This document shows, in pieces, positions 7,384-16,972 of a stretch of DNA of 64,000 nucleotides. Under the pieces are notes generated by a model that worked only from the letters and a program-made list of their open reading frames with translations, did not search any database and was not told the DNA's origin. Position numbers and translations under genes: made by a program. This DNA comes from Paramoeba atlantica (taxonomy: Eukaryota > Protista > Discosea): positions 44,019 through 108,018 of the forward strand of contig CDRNVI010000084.1 of assembly GCA_977017575.1 (NCBI GenBank), given 5' to 3'. The first letter of the stretch is position 1; each line of letters opens with the position of its first letter.

Positions 7384-9941
7384 CGGGACCTCGGGGCCGG
7401 ACGACCCCTGACACGGTACGGCTGCTCGGGAGGCCGCACCGTAGAGACGATAACCACGGAATTCCCTGGTCCCGGCCAGGTCCCGATCAGAGAAAATTAT
7501 TTAGGCCACAATATAAGGTTAAAAAACATAAATTATCTCGAGCTTCCAGAAGATGTGCTAGAGAGCTGTGTGCGACGAGCGGAAGAAATTTTCCGCGAAA
7601 AGTTTTCTCCAGGAACGCAGGAAATTATGAAGAGACTATGGCGAAGATTCGCAAGTTTCGGGGAACAGGTTCACTCCCAAGGATACGCGCTCGACGAAGA
7701 GAGGATGCTTTCCGCCTTTGCGCTCCATCTTTACGATCAAGAGGGCGTGAAAGGCCAAACAGTGGTGCAATATTTGTGCCACCTCGCGAACGAGTACTCC
7801 CTCTCGGGTGTGAAACTAGATGTAGCTCGGATGGATGCCTTAAAAATGGCCATGATGCGAAGGGCTTCTCCTGCTATAAAAGCGAACCCTATGTCTCGAG
7901 AGCAGGTAGTTCACTTTTTGAAGCAACCGCAACTGGCAGATATAGAAAGAACATTCATAATGGTGTACTGGCTCAGCGGCCAGAGGCCAGGCGAACTGCT
8001 AACTCTCAATGTGGACGAAGTGTCGATCACTTCCGAGGACAACGACGAGACACACTTAGCTATCTGGATGTTAAACCCGGCCAAGAATGTCACAAATCAG
8101 GAAAGGAGTACGCCCCGCTGCATACGAATGGTGATTCCTCAGGCCTGGAAGAAAACAATTCAAACCACTCTATGGACTTATCGGAGGATAGGTCGCGAAA
8201 AATGGTTCGGGGAAGTGGACTTGAGAAAACTAAATCTGGCATTGAAAAAACTGCCGGCCGTTTTGAACCATCCTCGACTGAAGGAGAGGTTCAGTTTGTA
8301 TTCGATTCGCAGAGGAGCGCTTCAACACCTTGCAGCGTTGGACGCGACAGCGCCGGATATTCAATGCTCAACTCGACATGTATCGGAAAACTCCCTTCGC
8401 GCTTACCTGGGATCCTACATGGATCCGAAAGCGGTGAAAGGTTTAGAGGTATCGAGACTACTAGGTGTACAGGCACCTCTGTATACGGAATTTCCCATGA
8501 GAGAACGAGGAACGTCTACCCGGAAAGATACCTTGACTCCACCCCCTACGAGGACACCAATCGAAATAGATTTGCCCCTCTGGGGGAGCGAGAATCCGAC
8601 CCCGGTTGCCGTGAGCGAGCGATCGTCAAAGAGGACTCCTTGCGAAACGATGGCTTGCGAAACCCCGCGCTGGGAACCCTCGGGCAGGTTCGAAACACCC
8701 TGTTTTCAGAATGTGGCGAGAATACTCCCTTTGTCAACCCCACCACTGCCCGGAGTTTCCTCGACCCTCGCCGTTTTAGCGCCGGAGAGCGACATACCAG
8801 AATCGTGGTCGATCGAAAAGTCCGGCGCTCCCCCTCTCGCCGCCCTGGAATTTCCTCCCGTGCCTCGGTTTTCCGAGCGACCTCGCCTACAGGATCCAAT
8901 CCCCGAGTTTCCATTACAGGACAGCCTGTTTCGTACCCCCGCTCTGGTGCCAGAACCTCCCACCATCATTTCCCTGTCGCCCCCTCGGCAACAAAGTTTC
9001 CAAAGTCAACCAACGTTCTTCCCCTCCTGGCTTGCCCAGCCGGAGAGAATGCAACAGCCGGAGATTGTCAACCCGGAGAACGTGTTTTCCTCCCCAAGCC
9101 ACGCTCAAGGCATGACACCTTCGACTTTGACGCAGTTTCCCCTAGTCTCTCAGACTATCATACCGGTTCAAGTGGTATCTTCCCTTTCTCCGCAAGCCCC
9201 GACGCCACACCAGAAAAAACCCAGTCCAGTGTTGGGTTCTCCCCCCCCTCGGCTTCTGGCCCCACATCAGGAAGCACCAAGTCTGATGGTGTGCTCCCCC
9301 ACTTCCCAGGCTCTGACGCCACATCAGGAAACACCAAGTCCGGTAGTGTCTTTTCGCACACCCGGGGCTCTGACGCCCCGTCAGGAAAGCTCAAGTCAAG
9401 CTCCTCCGTACATCACACCAGGTTTTGCCACTCCCGCAACTCCGTTCAACTTTTTGGCGTATCGGGACGCCGATCATTGGACCCCGCCTCCTCAGCCAAC
9501 GCCGCCCCCCAATCCGCCGCCCGTAATTCATTACGAACCGCCGATGCAGAAAAAACGGTATCGAGTTCCTCAATACTTGTACAACCCGACAGGGACGGAC
9601 TACGCGTCTCCCGTTCAATCGCGGGCGAGATTCAAGAAGGCAAAAAGAGACGAACGGGAAAGGGAACTGGCACAAGCGGAGCACGACGACATGGTAGCAC
9701 AAAGGGAGATGGAGTCCGATACGGAACGGGACATCTAGGTCCAAACAAAAACGAGGCGATCACAGATTATGGAGCCTGCGTCGCCGCACCAATAGGTGTC
9801 GGCACCTCGCCGTGGAAAGTGTTATTTGATTTCGCGTCATATGGGTATGCGCGATCGGGAAAACTTTTCAGCGAGAGAAATAGCAAGAAACCGCCGCAAT
9901 GGCCGTTAGACCCGATGCCTGCGACGCGGTTAGATGTATAG
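7380..9941 (+). CDS. N-terminal part of the family-A RT-frame ORF, overlapping YR in another frame; cut by element D
   Basis: ATG overlaps the gag stop (ATGA, 7380-7383). It ends WPLDPMPATRLDV, similar to LPLHVKPDVPILDV just before RT in 58435-59790. Confidence 0.6.
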   Translation: MTGPRGRTTPDTVRLLGRPHRRDDNHGIPWSRPGPDQRKLFRPQYKVKKHKLSRASRRCARELCATSGRNFPRKVFSRNAGNYEETMAKIRKFRGTGSLPRIRARRREDAFRLCAPSLRSRGRERPNSGAIFVPPRERVLPLGCETRCSSDGCLKNGHDAKGFSCYKSEPYVSRAGSSLFEATATGRYRKNIHNGVLAQRPEARRTANSQCGRSVDHFRGQRRDTLSYLDVKPGQECHKSGKEYAPLHTNGDSSGLEENNSNHSMDLSEDRSRKMVRGSGLEKTKSGIEKTAGRFEPSSTEGEVQFVFDSQRSASTPCSVGRDSAGYSMLNSTCIGKLPSRLPGILHGSESGERFRGIETTRCTGTSVYGISHERTRNVYPERYLDSTPYEDTNRNRFAPLGERESDPGCRERAIVKEDSLRNDGLRNPALGTLGQVRNTLFSECGENTPFVNPTTARSFLDPRRFSAGERHTRIVVDRKVRRSPSRRPGISSRASVFRATSPTGSNPRVSITGQPVSYPRSGARTSHHHFPVAPSATKFPKSTNVLPLLACPAGENATAGDCQPGERVFLPKPRSRHDTFDFDAVSPSLSDYHTGSSGIFPFSASPDATPEKTQSSVGFSPPSASGPTSGSTKSDGVLPHFPGSDATSGNTKSGSVFSHTRGSDAPSGKLKSSSSVHHTRFCHSRNSVQLFGVSGRRSLDPASSANAAPQSAARNSLRTADAEKTVSSSSILVQPDRDGLRVSRSIAGEIQEGKKRRTGKGTGTSGARRHGSTKGDGVRYGTGHLGPNKNEAITDYGACVAAPIGVGTSPWKVLFDFASYGYARSGKLFSERNSKKPPQWPLDPMPATRLDV
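7555..9738 (+). CDS. Tyrosine recombinase with long Pro/Ser-rich C-terminal tail
   Basis: WLSGQRPGEL (R), PAKN (K), YSIRRGA (H position is Y), TRHVSENSLRAY (H..Y). Start codon uncertain. Confidence 0.85.
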   Translation: MLESCVRRAEEIFREKFSPGTQEIMKRLWRRFASFGEQVHSQGYALDEERMLSAFALHLYDQEGVKGQTVVQYLCHLANEYSLSGVKLDVARMDALKMAMMRRASPAIKANPMSREQVVHFLKQPQLADIERTFIMVYWLSGQRPGELLTLNVDEVSITSEDNDETHLAIWMLNPAKNVTNQERSTPRCIRMVIPQAWKKTIQTTLWTYRRIGREKWFGEVDLRKLNLALKKLPAVLNHPRLKERFSLYSIRRGALQHLAALDATAPDIQCSTRHVSENSLRAYLGSYMDPKAVKGLEVSRLLGVQAPLYTEFPMRERGTSTRKDTLTPPPTRTPIEIDLPLWGSENPTPVAVSERSSKRTPCETMACETPRWEPSGRFETPCFQNVARILPLSTPPLPGVSSTLAVLAPESDIPESWSIEKSGAPPLAALEFPPVPRFSERPRLQDPIPEFPLQDSLFRTPALVPEPPTIISLSPPRQQSFQSQPTFFPSWLAQPERMQQPEIVNPENVFSSPSHAQGMTPSTLTQFPLVSQTIIPVQVVSSLSPQAPTPHQKKPSPVLGSPPPRLLAPHQEAPSLMVCSPTSQALTPHQETPSPVVSFRTPGALTPRQESSSQAPPYITPGFATPATPFNFLAYRDADHWTPPPQPTPPPNPPPVIHYEPPMQKKRYRVPQYLYNPTGTDYASPVQSRARFKKAKRDERERELAQAEHDDMVAQREMESDTERDI

Positions 9942-10046
9942 CTTGACTTGCCCCGCTCGGGTGCCAGTCACGCACACTTCCTGTAGGATGGAAGGTCGGA
10001 CGTTAACCTCATTCCCTTGCAGGAGAATTAAGTGTATCTGTATTTT
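9936..10046. repeat. 3' terminus of element D; exact 111-bp inverted match to 16583-16693
   Basis: Base-by-base reverse-complement identity. Confidence 0.95.
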
Positions 10047-10510
10047 GTTTGTTTGTTTGTTTGTTTGCTTGTTTGGTACAGGAGCGCCTGCAATCCCCAC
10101 GTGCAGACGCCACAAGTACCACTCCGGCTCCCGTCTGATTCCGGGTACGGGGACGCAAGGCTCTCCTAGGGCGCTTCACCAGTGACACTGTACACTATGT
10201 AGTGAGCCTACTATGTGCCAATCCCACTGGGAGGGTTCCTGATCAAGCACGAACGCCGCTTTTTCATGAATTAATAAATGATGCTGTAAAAAGAAAGTAA
10301 AGTTGAAGTGAAAAATGGAAAGAAGAAAAGAAAGATATTCAAGGTGACATGCTAGTAGAAAACCATTTTACCTTGACGCATGACCTTTTTACGAAAGGTG
10401 GAGTGACATACCAGAACAAAAGTTAGTGTATAATAGTACATGTAGTGTGTACATGCAACGTAGTCTGCGTCGCTGACGTAATTTTCCTTTCTACTAGATA
10501 TCTAATGTGT

Positions 10511-12253
10511 CTAAGGCAAAATTCTGCTTACAAAAGTCGCTCCTTGCTGCTCGTACACGTGTAAAGCATTGATCAATCGCTCCCAGGATTTTGCGCACCT
10601 AAAACAGTACTCCTCGTCTGTGTACTTTTTGTTTGGACGAGTTCCAACATCGGCTAAATTTTCTTCACTTGGAATGTCGCACATGATTATTCTTCCATGA
10701 AAGTCCTTGTACACTTTGACTATTTTATCCAGAGATTCTACCTGAGAAAAACCTTTAGAAAAGGAGCGAGCGGCTGCCGTGTTGTCGCTACCTATAATAA
10801 TGTTGGAAAATCCCCGCTTTATCGCCATTCGGATAGCTTCTGATATAGCAGTTGCCTCGGCCAGAACTATCTCCATTTGACAAGTTTGCTCGACTATTTG
10901 ACTATTTACTGGCTTAGAATCGGACATTGGCCACACGGCCAACCTGGTAGTTGTGGCGTCCACGACAGCATAAAATATTCTCTTGCCCTTAATGTAACGG
11001 CGATACATTTTCCAATTGTGTGGATGAGAGTTTTCCCGGATAACTCGAAAAGAGGTCTCAATAGTTACATCTCTCGCACAACCCGATAACAGCCTTGCAT
11101 CCCAGTCATCCACCAGACCAAGTTCGCTTTGATACTTGGTGAGCCTACCCAATTCGCGAGGAGGTATACCAAGAATGGCAGAAACGTGTCGCACGTACCC
11201 GCAGAACTGAAATAAAATACGCGGAGTTATTTCTACTAAGTTCTTCAAAGCGTTGGACCAGGTTTCAGCAACAGTCGGGTCAGCCATCCACGATACATGC
11301 CCCTCTTTTTGGATAATCCTTATACCACAATACGTGAACTGACACGTGTTCTTCTCCATGGTCATGTATTTTGCGACTACATTGAATTTACGAAAGTTGT
11401 ATTTTAGATTGACGTGCCATCTTTTCAGTGTACTTTCTGTGCTGACGATCAAAAATGAATCGTACATAAGGGCAATGAAACCTCCTTCATGGAGCAGTAC
11501 GATCCCTGGAGCTCTGGTATCGGTAAGCACGCTTTCTAAACCATCAAGTTCTGTTGGATTATGGTCACGATAGGTCAATATTCCCCACATGATGCTCTGA
11601 GCGATACCGCATGCGAGCTTATACCCCATAGGTAGCACCGTAGGTCGGAGATATGAGGAGCCTTGCCTGATGCAACATGCGCTCCCAAGTTCAGGGGTAA
11701 TAGGGATTTGGTAATACCAATTTTTGATGTCCCCATGAAGAAAGCGGAAACGCTTTTTCGTGCAATCCCCCAAATCCACTAATGCTTGTATAAGTTCCGC
11801 AGTGCTCGGAATTTTAAATGAAATTTCTGTAAGAATAGTGCGTTCGTTAGTCCATCTCAAATCGAAAATTGCACGGGCGAACTTTTCGTCCTTCAAAACT
11901 GCCATATACTTGCCGACTCCTGTGACATTTTGTGGTGTCGTAGGCACTAACACTTTGCTATCACATAAAGTGTCCAAATGGTGCCTATAGGATTGTGAAT
12001 TCGGTGTATCGGACATACACTCTTTCTGAATGTCTGGAGGGAGAGGGGAGGTGCCAAGTAACTTCAGTGCCTGGCATACAAAGGGAATACGAGCGAAGTC
12101 GGAACTCATTATTTTTATTCCCCCGACGTTTTGAAGGGGACAAAGAGGAGCCCGATCATTCGCAAATGAACCTCGACCACGCCAAGCCGTGATTTCTTCA
12201 TTGTGATAAACACCCCCGCTTAAATCAGCGTCGATGAAGGAGTGCGCAATCAT
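10511..12253 (-). CDS. DIRS-type reverse transcriptase / RNase H
   Basis: AVLKDEKFARAIFDLRWTN, HGDIKNWYYQ, LPMG, MYDS (atypical motif C), FTYCG; RNase H VDAT, AEATA, SDN, ENLAD. Confidence 0.88.
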   Translation of the reverse strand: MIAHSFIDADLSGGVYHNEEITAWRGRGSFANDRAPLCPLQNVGGIKIMSSDFARIPFVCQALKLLGTSPLPPDIQKECMSDTPNSQSYRHHLDTLCDSKVLVPTTPQNVTGVGKYMAVLKDEKFARAIFDLRWTNERTILTEISFKIPSTAELIQALVDLGDCTKKRFRFLHGDIKNWYYQIPITPELGSACCIRQGSSYLRPTVLPMGYKLACGIAQSIMWGILTYRDHNPTELDGLESVLTDTRAPGIVLLHEGGFIALMYDSFLIVSTESTLKRWHVNLKYNFRKFNVVAKYMTMEKNTCQFTYCGIRIIQKEGHVSWMADPTVAETWSNALKNLVEITPRILFQFCGYVRHVSAILGIPPRELGRLTKYQSELGLVDDWDARLLSGCARDVTIETSFRVIRENSHPHNWKMYRRYIKGKRIFYAVVDATTTRLAVWPMSDSKPVNSQIVEQTCQMEIVLAEATAISEAIRMAIKRGFSNIIIGSDNTAAARSFSKGFSQVESLDKIVKVYKDFHGRIIMCDIPSEENLADVGTRPNKKYTDEEYCFRCAKSWERLINALHVYEQQGATFVSRILP

Positions 12254-12612
12254 TCCTTTATATAGATTTTGAAATATGAAATGTGTTCATACGTATGGAA
12301 GATGTGGCACAATTCGTCGTAGGCGTTCGTAGAACGCTCCTCATCTTAAACTAATGGAGTAGTATGTACACGATGTGTAGAACAGTGGAGATGTGCAGTA
12401 ACTGCATCGAATATTTTAATTTTATTCATTGTTGCTCCACAGATCTCTTGGATTACAAAATAAAGCAATTAACAAGCGGTTAGTGGTACGTGGTCGCATA
12501 GCCCATCGATCCGGTTACGTAGAAAATTTTCGTGTACATTGTAATACTAAAAGTAGCAAGGAACTTCTTGGAGTTTGCCGGTTTATCAAAAGCTTAAAAT
12601 CTAATTGTAGGA

Positions 12613-13485
12613 CTATTCCATAGAATAGTGAGTAGCTGTGAACTCTGACATCCAACGCCCTCGCCGGAGGCGTGTCGTAAGGTCTGTTCCTTCGCGAGTT
12701 AAATGACCAGCGCATCCATGTCGGAGACAGTGGAAGGACCAAGTTTGATGTGAGTTCCACTGCAAAAGGTTCGCAACATGTGATATGATTCTGTTTGCTT
12801 TCACTTTGTCCCAATTAGGAAATAAGGCCAGATGGGATGATGATGATTTTAGGTACATCAACAGATGACATACTTCTGGGGCTACGACAGTGTCGACAAT
12901 ATAATGTTGACGTCCTTTTCCTCCACGAATCTTAATCAATGCGTCAGAGGAATTCGCTTCAATATCTGTCTTTTCGAGATTCACTAATTCGCTGTGACGC
13001 AGAAGTCCGAAATACGCGACGGCGAAGCCTTGACCATATGCGAGTTCGCCTTGGTCTTTACAGTAATTAGTCAGAGACCGCATTTGCGCGAGTGTGATCG
13101 AGCCTCGAGGTTTGGGCTGCAGACAGATATTTTGGACGCCTTTGAAGCGTCTGCGAAAGCGCGAGGTCTGCGACCAACACTGATCGGTGTTTTGATCTTC
13201 TAATTGCCGCCAAACTACAGCGGCACGGTAGGATTCCAAAGTGGATCCCCGATAGAAGCGTGACAGGCTGACGCACAACGCCAAGAAGTCCTCTTCCGTT
13301 ATATTGTGTACCCCGTGTACACCAAGTAATTGTTCTGTGCGGGAAAAATAGTACACACGCTTTTGTGCTGTCGCAGGGGCCACTGCCCACTGAGAAATTT
13401 GTCGATGTACGCTGTTTTGACGCGCTTGACGATAACCTTGACTGATGGTTTCATCAGAAACTCGAACGCGGCGTTGAGAAGGCAT
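12613..13485 (-). CDS. Tyrosine recombinase
   Basis: YFGLLRHSE (R), GGKG (K), FHCLRHG (HxxR), GRW...HY (W, Y); N-terminal core-binding-like region. Confidence 0.92.
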   Translation of the reverse strand: MPSQRRVRVSDETISQGYRQARQNSVHRQISQWAVAPATAQKRVYYFSRTEQLLGVHGVHNITEEDFLALCVSLSRFYRGSTLESYRAAVVWRQLEDQNTDQCWSQTSRFRRRFKGVQNICLQPKPRGSITLAQMRSLTNYCKDQGELAYGQGFAVAYFGLLRHSELVNLEKTDIEANSSDALIKIRGGKGRQHYIVDTVVAPEVCHLLMYLKSSSSHLALFPNWDKVKANRIISHVANLLQWNSHQTWSFHCLRHGCAGHLTREGTDLTTRLRRGRWMSEFTATHYSME

Positions 13486-14054
13486 GCAGGAAATGTAGCT
13501 CTATCGAAAACGAAATTTATAGAGAAATCCTATTGAGAGAAACAACATGTTTTACACCCTTTCGTCTAGTGTTACAACCATGACCCGTATGGGGGAAGAA
13601 AATCCCAAGACTTCTGAATGTGGCTTTAGTCCACTAGGATAAAGTACCAATGTAATATTCTCATAACTTACTACAGTTGTTACGAGTTGCTCAAGTATAG
13701 CATAAAAAAGAATAGCCCAACTTTTGTTTTGTAAGTGCAAAAGCAGCCGTGTCATTTCACACCGTTAAAAGGAAGCATCCAGTCAGAATAGAACAGTCCC
13801 TGTGAGTAGTATACTATATTTCTACGTTTTTGAAAAACGTTAAGCAGTTCGATCGGTTTGAAGCATAAGTAATGCAGTAAATTTGTAGTAAAAAATTGCG
13901 CAGATATAAATATGCAACAGCATTTCAGAAGTAAAGCACATTGAGCATTTTCTTTGCTAAGCACAAGTTTCTCTATGTGTAAAAAGAGATGTTAAACCAA
14001 TATCGATTTCGAAATCACACTCGAGCCTCTAAAGCTACTATTTCGAAAGTAGGT

Positions 14055-15125
14055 CTATTCACGACCTACGCGCTTGTACCCCGGCTTTTCATTAGGGGTT
14101 TTCATTTTGAGACGAACCTGTTCGTCGGTCAATCGACAATTCTTCAGTTCATGACCGCGCATCCCGCAGTGCTTACATGAACCACGTGGTGCATTGGGAT
14201 ACAGCCACGTTTTCCAGTTACGCCCCCGTATGGCAGGCGAGCGTGGCTTATGTCCCGAACCTGACGCACTCTTGCGAGGTTGGGACCGATTTACGAGCTG
14301 GACAGCGCGGGAGTGGGTCGCAATAAATGAAACAATATTCTTATTTCCGCGGTCCTTGGAATCGTCAAGCATAAGCTGCTCGAGAGTTACCGTGTCCACC
14401 TGCGCCCCGTCGTGGGAGAGACGATGGGAGAGGAGTTCGGCCCCTACCTTGCACAAGAATGTCCAAAAGGAGATGCGGACCGCCTCGTTTTGAACATCAG
14501 GTATCGGCGTCCCCGGCGCGAGCTCGGTTAGAACCCGGGCGCAGTTGACCATGTCAGGCCGACTACCAACGCTGTCACGGACCTTCTTCTTGGTCGCTGC
14601 TGTCAGCCACGGTTCGGAGCTAAAGCCCGACTGCGTCAAACAGTCATGAAGCTCTCTTCCGCACCGCGGGTCATCGCGCGTACCGATGATGTCACGAAAC
14701 GCCCCACGTACATCCTTGCTGTTCTTATCTTCAGTAGAACAGCTAGCAGTGGTAGCATCTGCGGAGGTACCGGAGTTCAATGTTCCTTGAAGAGCACACA
14801 GCTCATCTCGAAGGGCAATAAGCACGTTCTGGGGAACGTCGCGGGATCCAAAGTCTCCGCTTTGCAGGGCCACAAGCGCACGGCGAATCGCTTGAACCCC
14901 CCGAGCGCTGTCGCCACTCCCACCATGCGCTGAAGTGCGCTCAAAAATTTCATCAATGCCATGCTTCTCCTTAACATGGCAGACTGCGCCGGAAATCGCA
15001 TCAAGGATCTCGGACCGCAAGGTGACTCCCATCCGTTTCATTGAACAGAGGCTCAGAAACGCTTGATGAGCGTCTCCGATTCCTGAAATTGAGTCAGGAA
15101 CCAAGTTCGGAAGAGCGTCGGGCAT
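14055..15125 (-). CDS. gag-like protein with CCHC zinc knuckle
   Basis: CKHCGMRGHELKNC (C-x2-C-x4-H-x4-C); first ORF of element D. Confidence 0.85.
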   Translation of the reverse strand: MPDALPNLVPDSISGIGDAHQAFLSLCSMKRMGVTLRSEILDAISGAVCHVKEKHGIDEIFERTSAHGGSGDSARGVQAIRRALVALQSGDFGSRDVPQNVLIALRDELCALQGTLNSGTSADATTASCSTEDKNSKDVRGAFRDIIGTRDDPRCGRELHDCLTQSGFSSEPWLTAATKKKVRDSVGSRPDMVNCARVLTELAPGTPIPDVQNEAVRISFWTFLCKVGAELLSHRLSHDGAQVDTVTLEQLMLDDSKDRGNKNIVSFIATHSRAVQLVNRSQPRKSASGSGHKPRSPAIRGRNWKTWLYPNAPRGSCKHCGMRGHELKNCRLTDEQVRLKMKTPNEKPGYKRVGRE

Positions 15126-15544
15126 AGGTAATTAAAGGTAAAATAGTATAATAACTTTCAGTCTCTTTGAAAACAAAAACATGTTATTTTGTTCGCTGCC
15201 TGCTTATCTTTTATTCACCTGATGATCACAATGAATTATGTGATTGTCCTTTTCCGTTGACAAACGATAGACAAAATGATGCAGCGACTATGAAATCGTC
15301 GCAAACGACGTAGTGCTGCAGAGCACATATCAAATCAAAACACATGACAAAATCTCCAGCCATGTAGGCTGGATTGCTCATTTTATAACACGCGGCGGGA
15401 AGCCTGAATACACTGTCGCGTATGACTGTGTACCTCGTGTGTTTCCAGATATCACGTATGACTATGCAACAAGTGTTTGCACCTTTATGAGCGGAAAGGC
15501 TGCATGTCTTGTACCTGATCAGCCCAAAATCTACACATGTGCAG

Positions 15545-16415
15545 AAGTTTCCACGAATGTCGGAACCTTATGAGCCTCTTGACCATGTTCGTGGTAACAC
15601 GTGGGATTTTTCCACAAATGTTGGAATCCAATAAAGGTTACAGATGCAGCGCCATATACAAAAAATACACGATTCACAGAAATGTTGTAATCCATTGAGC
15701 CACAAATTTTGGAGTCTGATGAGCCTTTAAAGCTATAGAAGGCTGGCTTTAGTGAAAAAATCCACAAATGTTGGATCGCACGAGCCGAAGGGCTACATAT
15801 TTCGTGACGTATGTTCCACGTGTCGGAACGTATGAACCCAAAGGCTACACATGTAGCGTCATGTACAAAGCTTTTCGCAAATGTAGCCTATGGAGTCTGA
15901 TGGCCTTAAAACCGTTCGTGGTAACACGCAAGAATTCGTCCACAAAATGTTGGAATTACCCATTGAGCCACACAATGGGCCCTCAAAGTGGTTTCATATA
16001 AAAAATAAAAATCCGCAAATGTTGGATGGCACGAGCCGAAGGGCTACATATCTTGTGCCGTATGTTCCACATGTGTTGGAACCATCACGTAGAACTTTCC
16101 ACAAATATTGGAACTTTTTCAACCACTTGGTCATGTTCGTGGTAACACGTAAGAATGTTTCCACAAATGTTGGAATCTATAAAAAGGTCACAGATGCGGC
16201 GCCACATAAGAAAAATTCCACAAATTTTGGAATCTATTGAGGTACAATAGCTGGAGTCTAATGAGCTGTTAGAGCTGTATAAGTGGTTTCAGTGAGATTC
16301 ACATAAAAAATCCACAAATGTTGGATCGCACGAGCCGAATGGCATACGGTATCTTGTGATCTACACATACATCACACACGTTGTATGTTCCACATGTGTT
16401 GGAATCTTATGAACC
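15545..16415. repeat. Degenerate composite repeat array upstream of the element D gag
   Basis: Recurrent CCACAAATGTTGGAA, CACGAGCCGAAGGGCTACATAT, GTTCGTGGTAACACG and TATGTTCCAC modules. Confidence 0.8.
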
Positions 16416-16582
16416 CAAAGAATATACTAATTGTTACGTATGCATGCACGCGTTTACGTACGCGACATATACGTATATATAAAAAAACTTAGAATAATGA
16501 GCGGTCTGGCAGTAAGCATTTCCCTGAGTCTGTTTATTGAAAAAATGAATCAAGAAATGATTGGAAAGCTAAGTAATGACAA

Positions 16583-16737
16583 AAAATACAGATACACTTA
16601 ATTCTCCTGCAAGGGAATGAGGTTAACGTCCGACCTTCCATCCTACAGGAAGTGTGCGTGACTGGCACCCGAGCGGGGCAAGTCAAGCTATACTTCCTAT
16701 ATGTGTAAGGTGTCCTATAATCCTGCTGGTCCAAAGC
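16583..16737. repeat. Internal complementary region (ICR-like) of element D
   Basis: 16583-16693 is the reverse complement of 9936-10046; 16691-16737 approximates the reverse complement of 16921-16972; the shared TAC/GTA is at 16691-16693. Confidence 0.9.
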
Positions 16738-16920
16738 TAACAGGTCGGAAGAACCTCCCCCCCCCTTTTTTTTTGTGTGTGTGTAAGTATTTACACAAAA
16801 TACAAGTAGTACTTAATTTCCTATATCCTAATACAGTAGTATATATATTACAGTTGTACTTAATTTCCTACCATCACCTTTCCACATGCACTTGGTTGCG
16901 ACCAAGGCCAGTGGCCCCGG

Positions 16921-16972
16921 GCTTTGGACCGGTAAAGCAGGGTTATAGGATACCTTACACATATAGGAAGTA
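16921..16972. repeat. 5' terminus of element D; imperfect inverted match to 16691-16737
   Basis: GCTTTGGACC....AGCAGG.TTATAGGA.ACCTTACACATATAGGAAGTA, with a small indel and a few mismatches. Confidence 0.85.

Larger units (their letters stand above)
9936..16972 (-). mobile_element. Apparently intact YR (DIRS-order) retrotransposon D: gag, YR, RT/RNase H, with an ICR-like terminal structure
   Basis: Three uninterrupted ORFs; GTA at both junctions; 16583-16737 is the reverse complement of the joined ends. Confidence 0.9.

Noticed and set aside
6586-9941. RT-less Crypton-like YR transposon
   Set aside because: The RT frame resumes at 16973 once element D is removed.
10025-10050. U2 snRNA-like AAGTGTATCTGT
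   Set aside because: The match is too short, and the sequence is explained as the element D terminus.
16425-16480. Run of palindromic hexamers (TACGTA, ATGCAT, ACGCGT)
   Set aside because: Alternating purine-pyrimidine low complexity; no second copy or defined structure.
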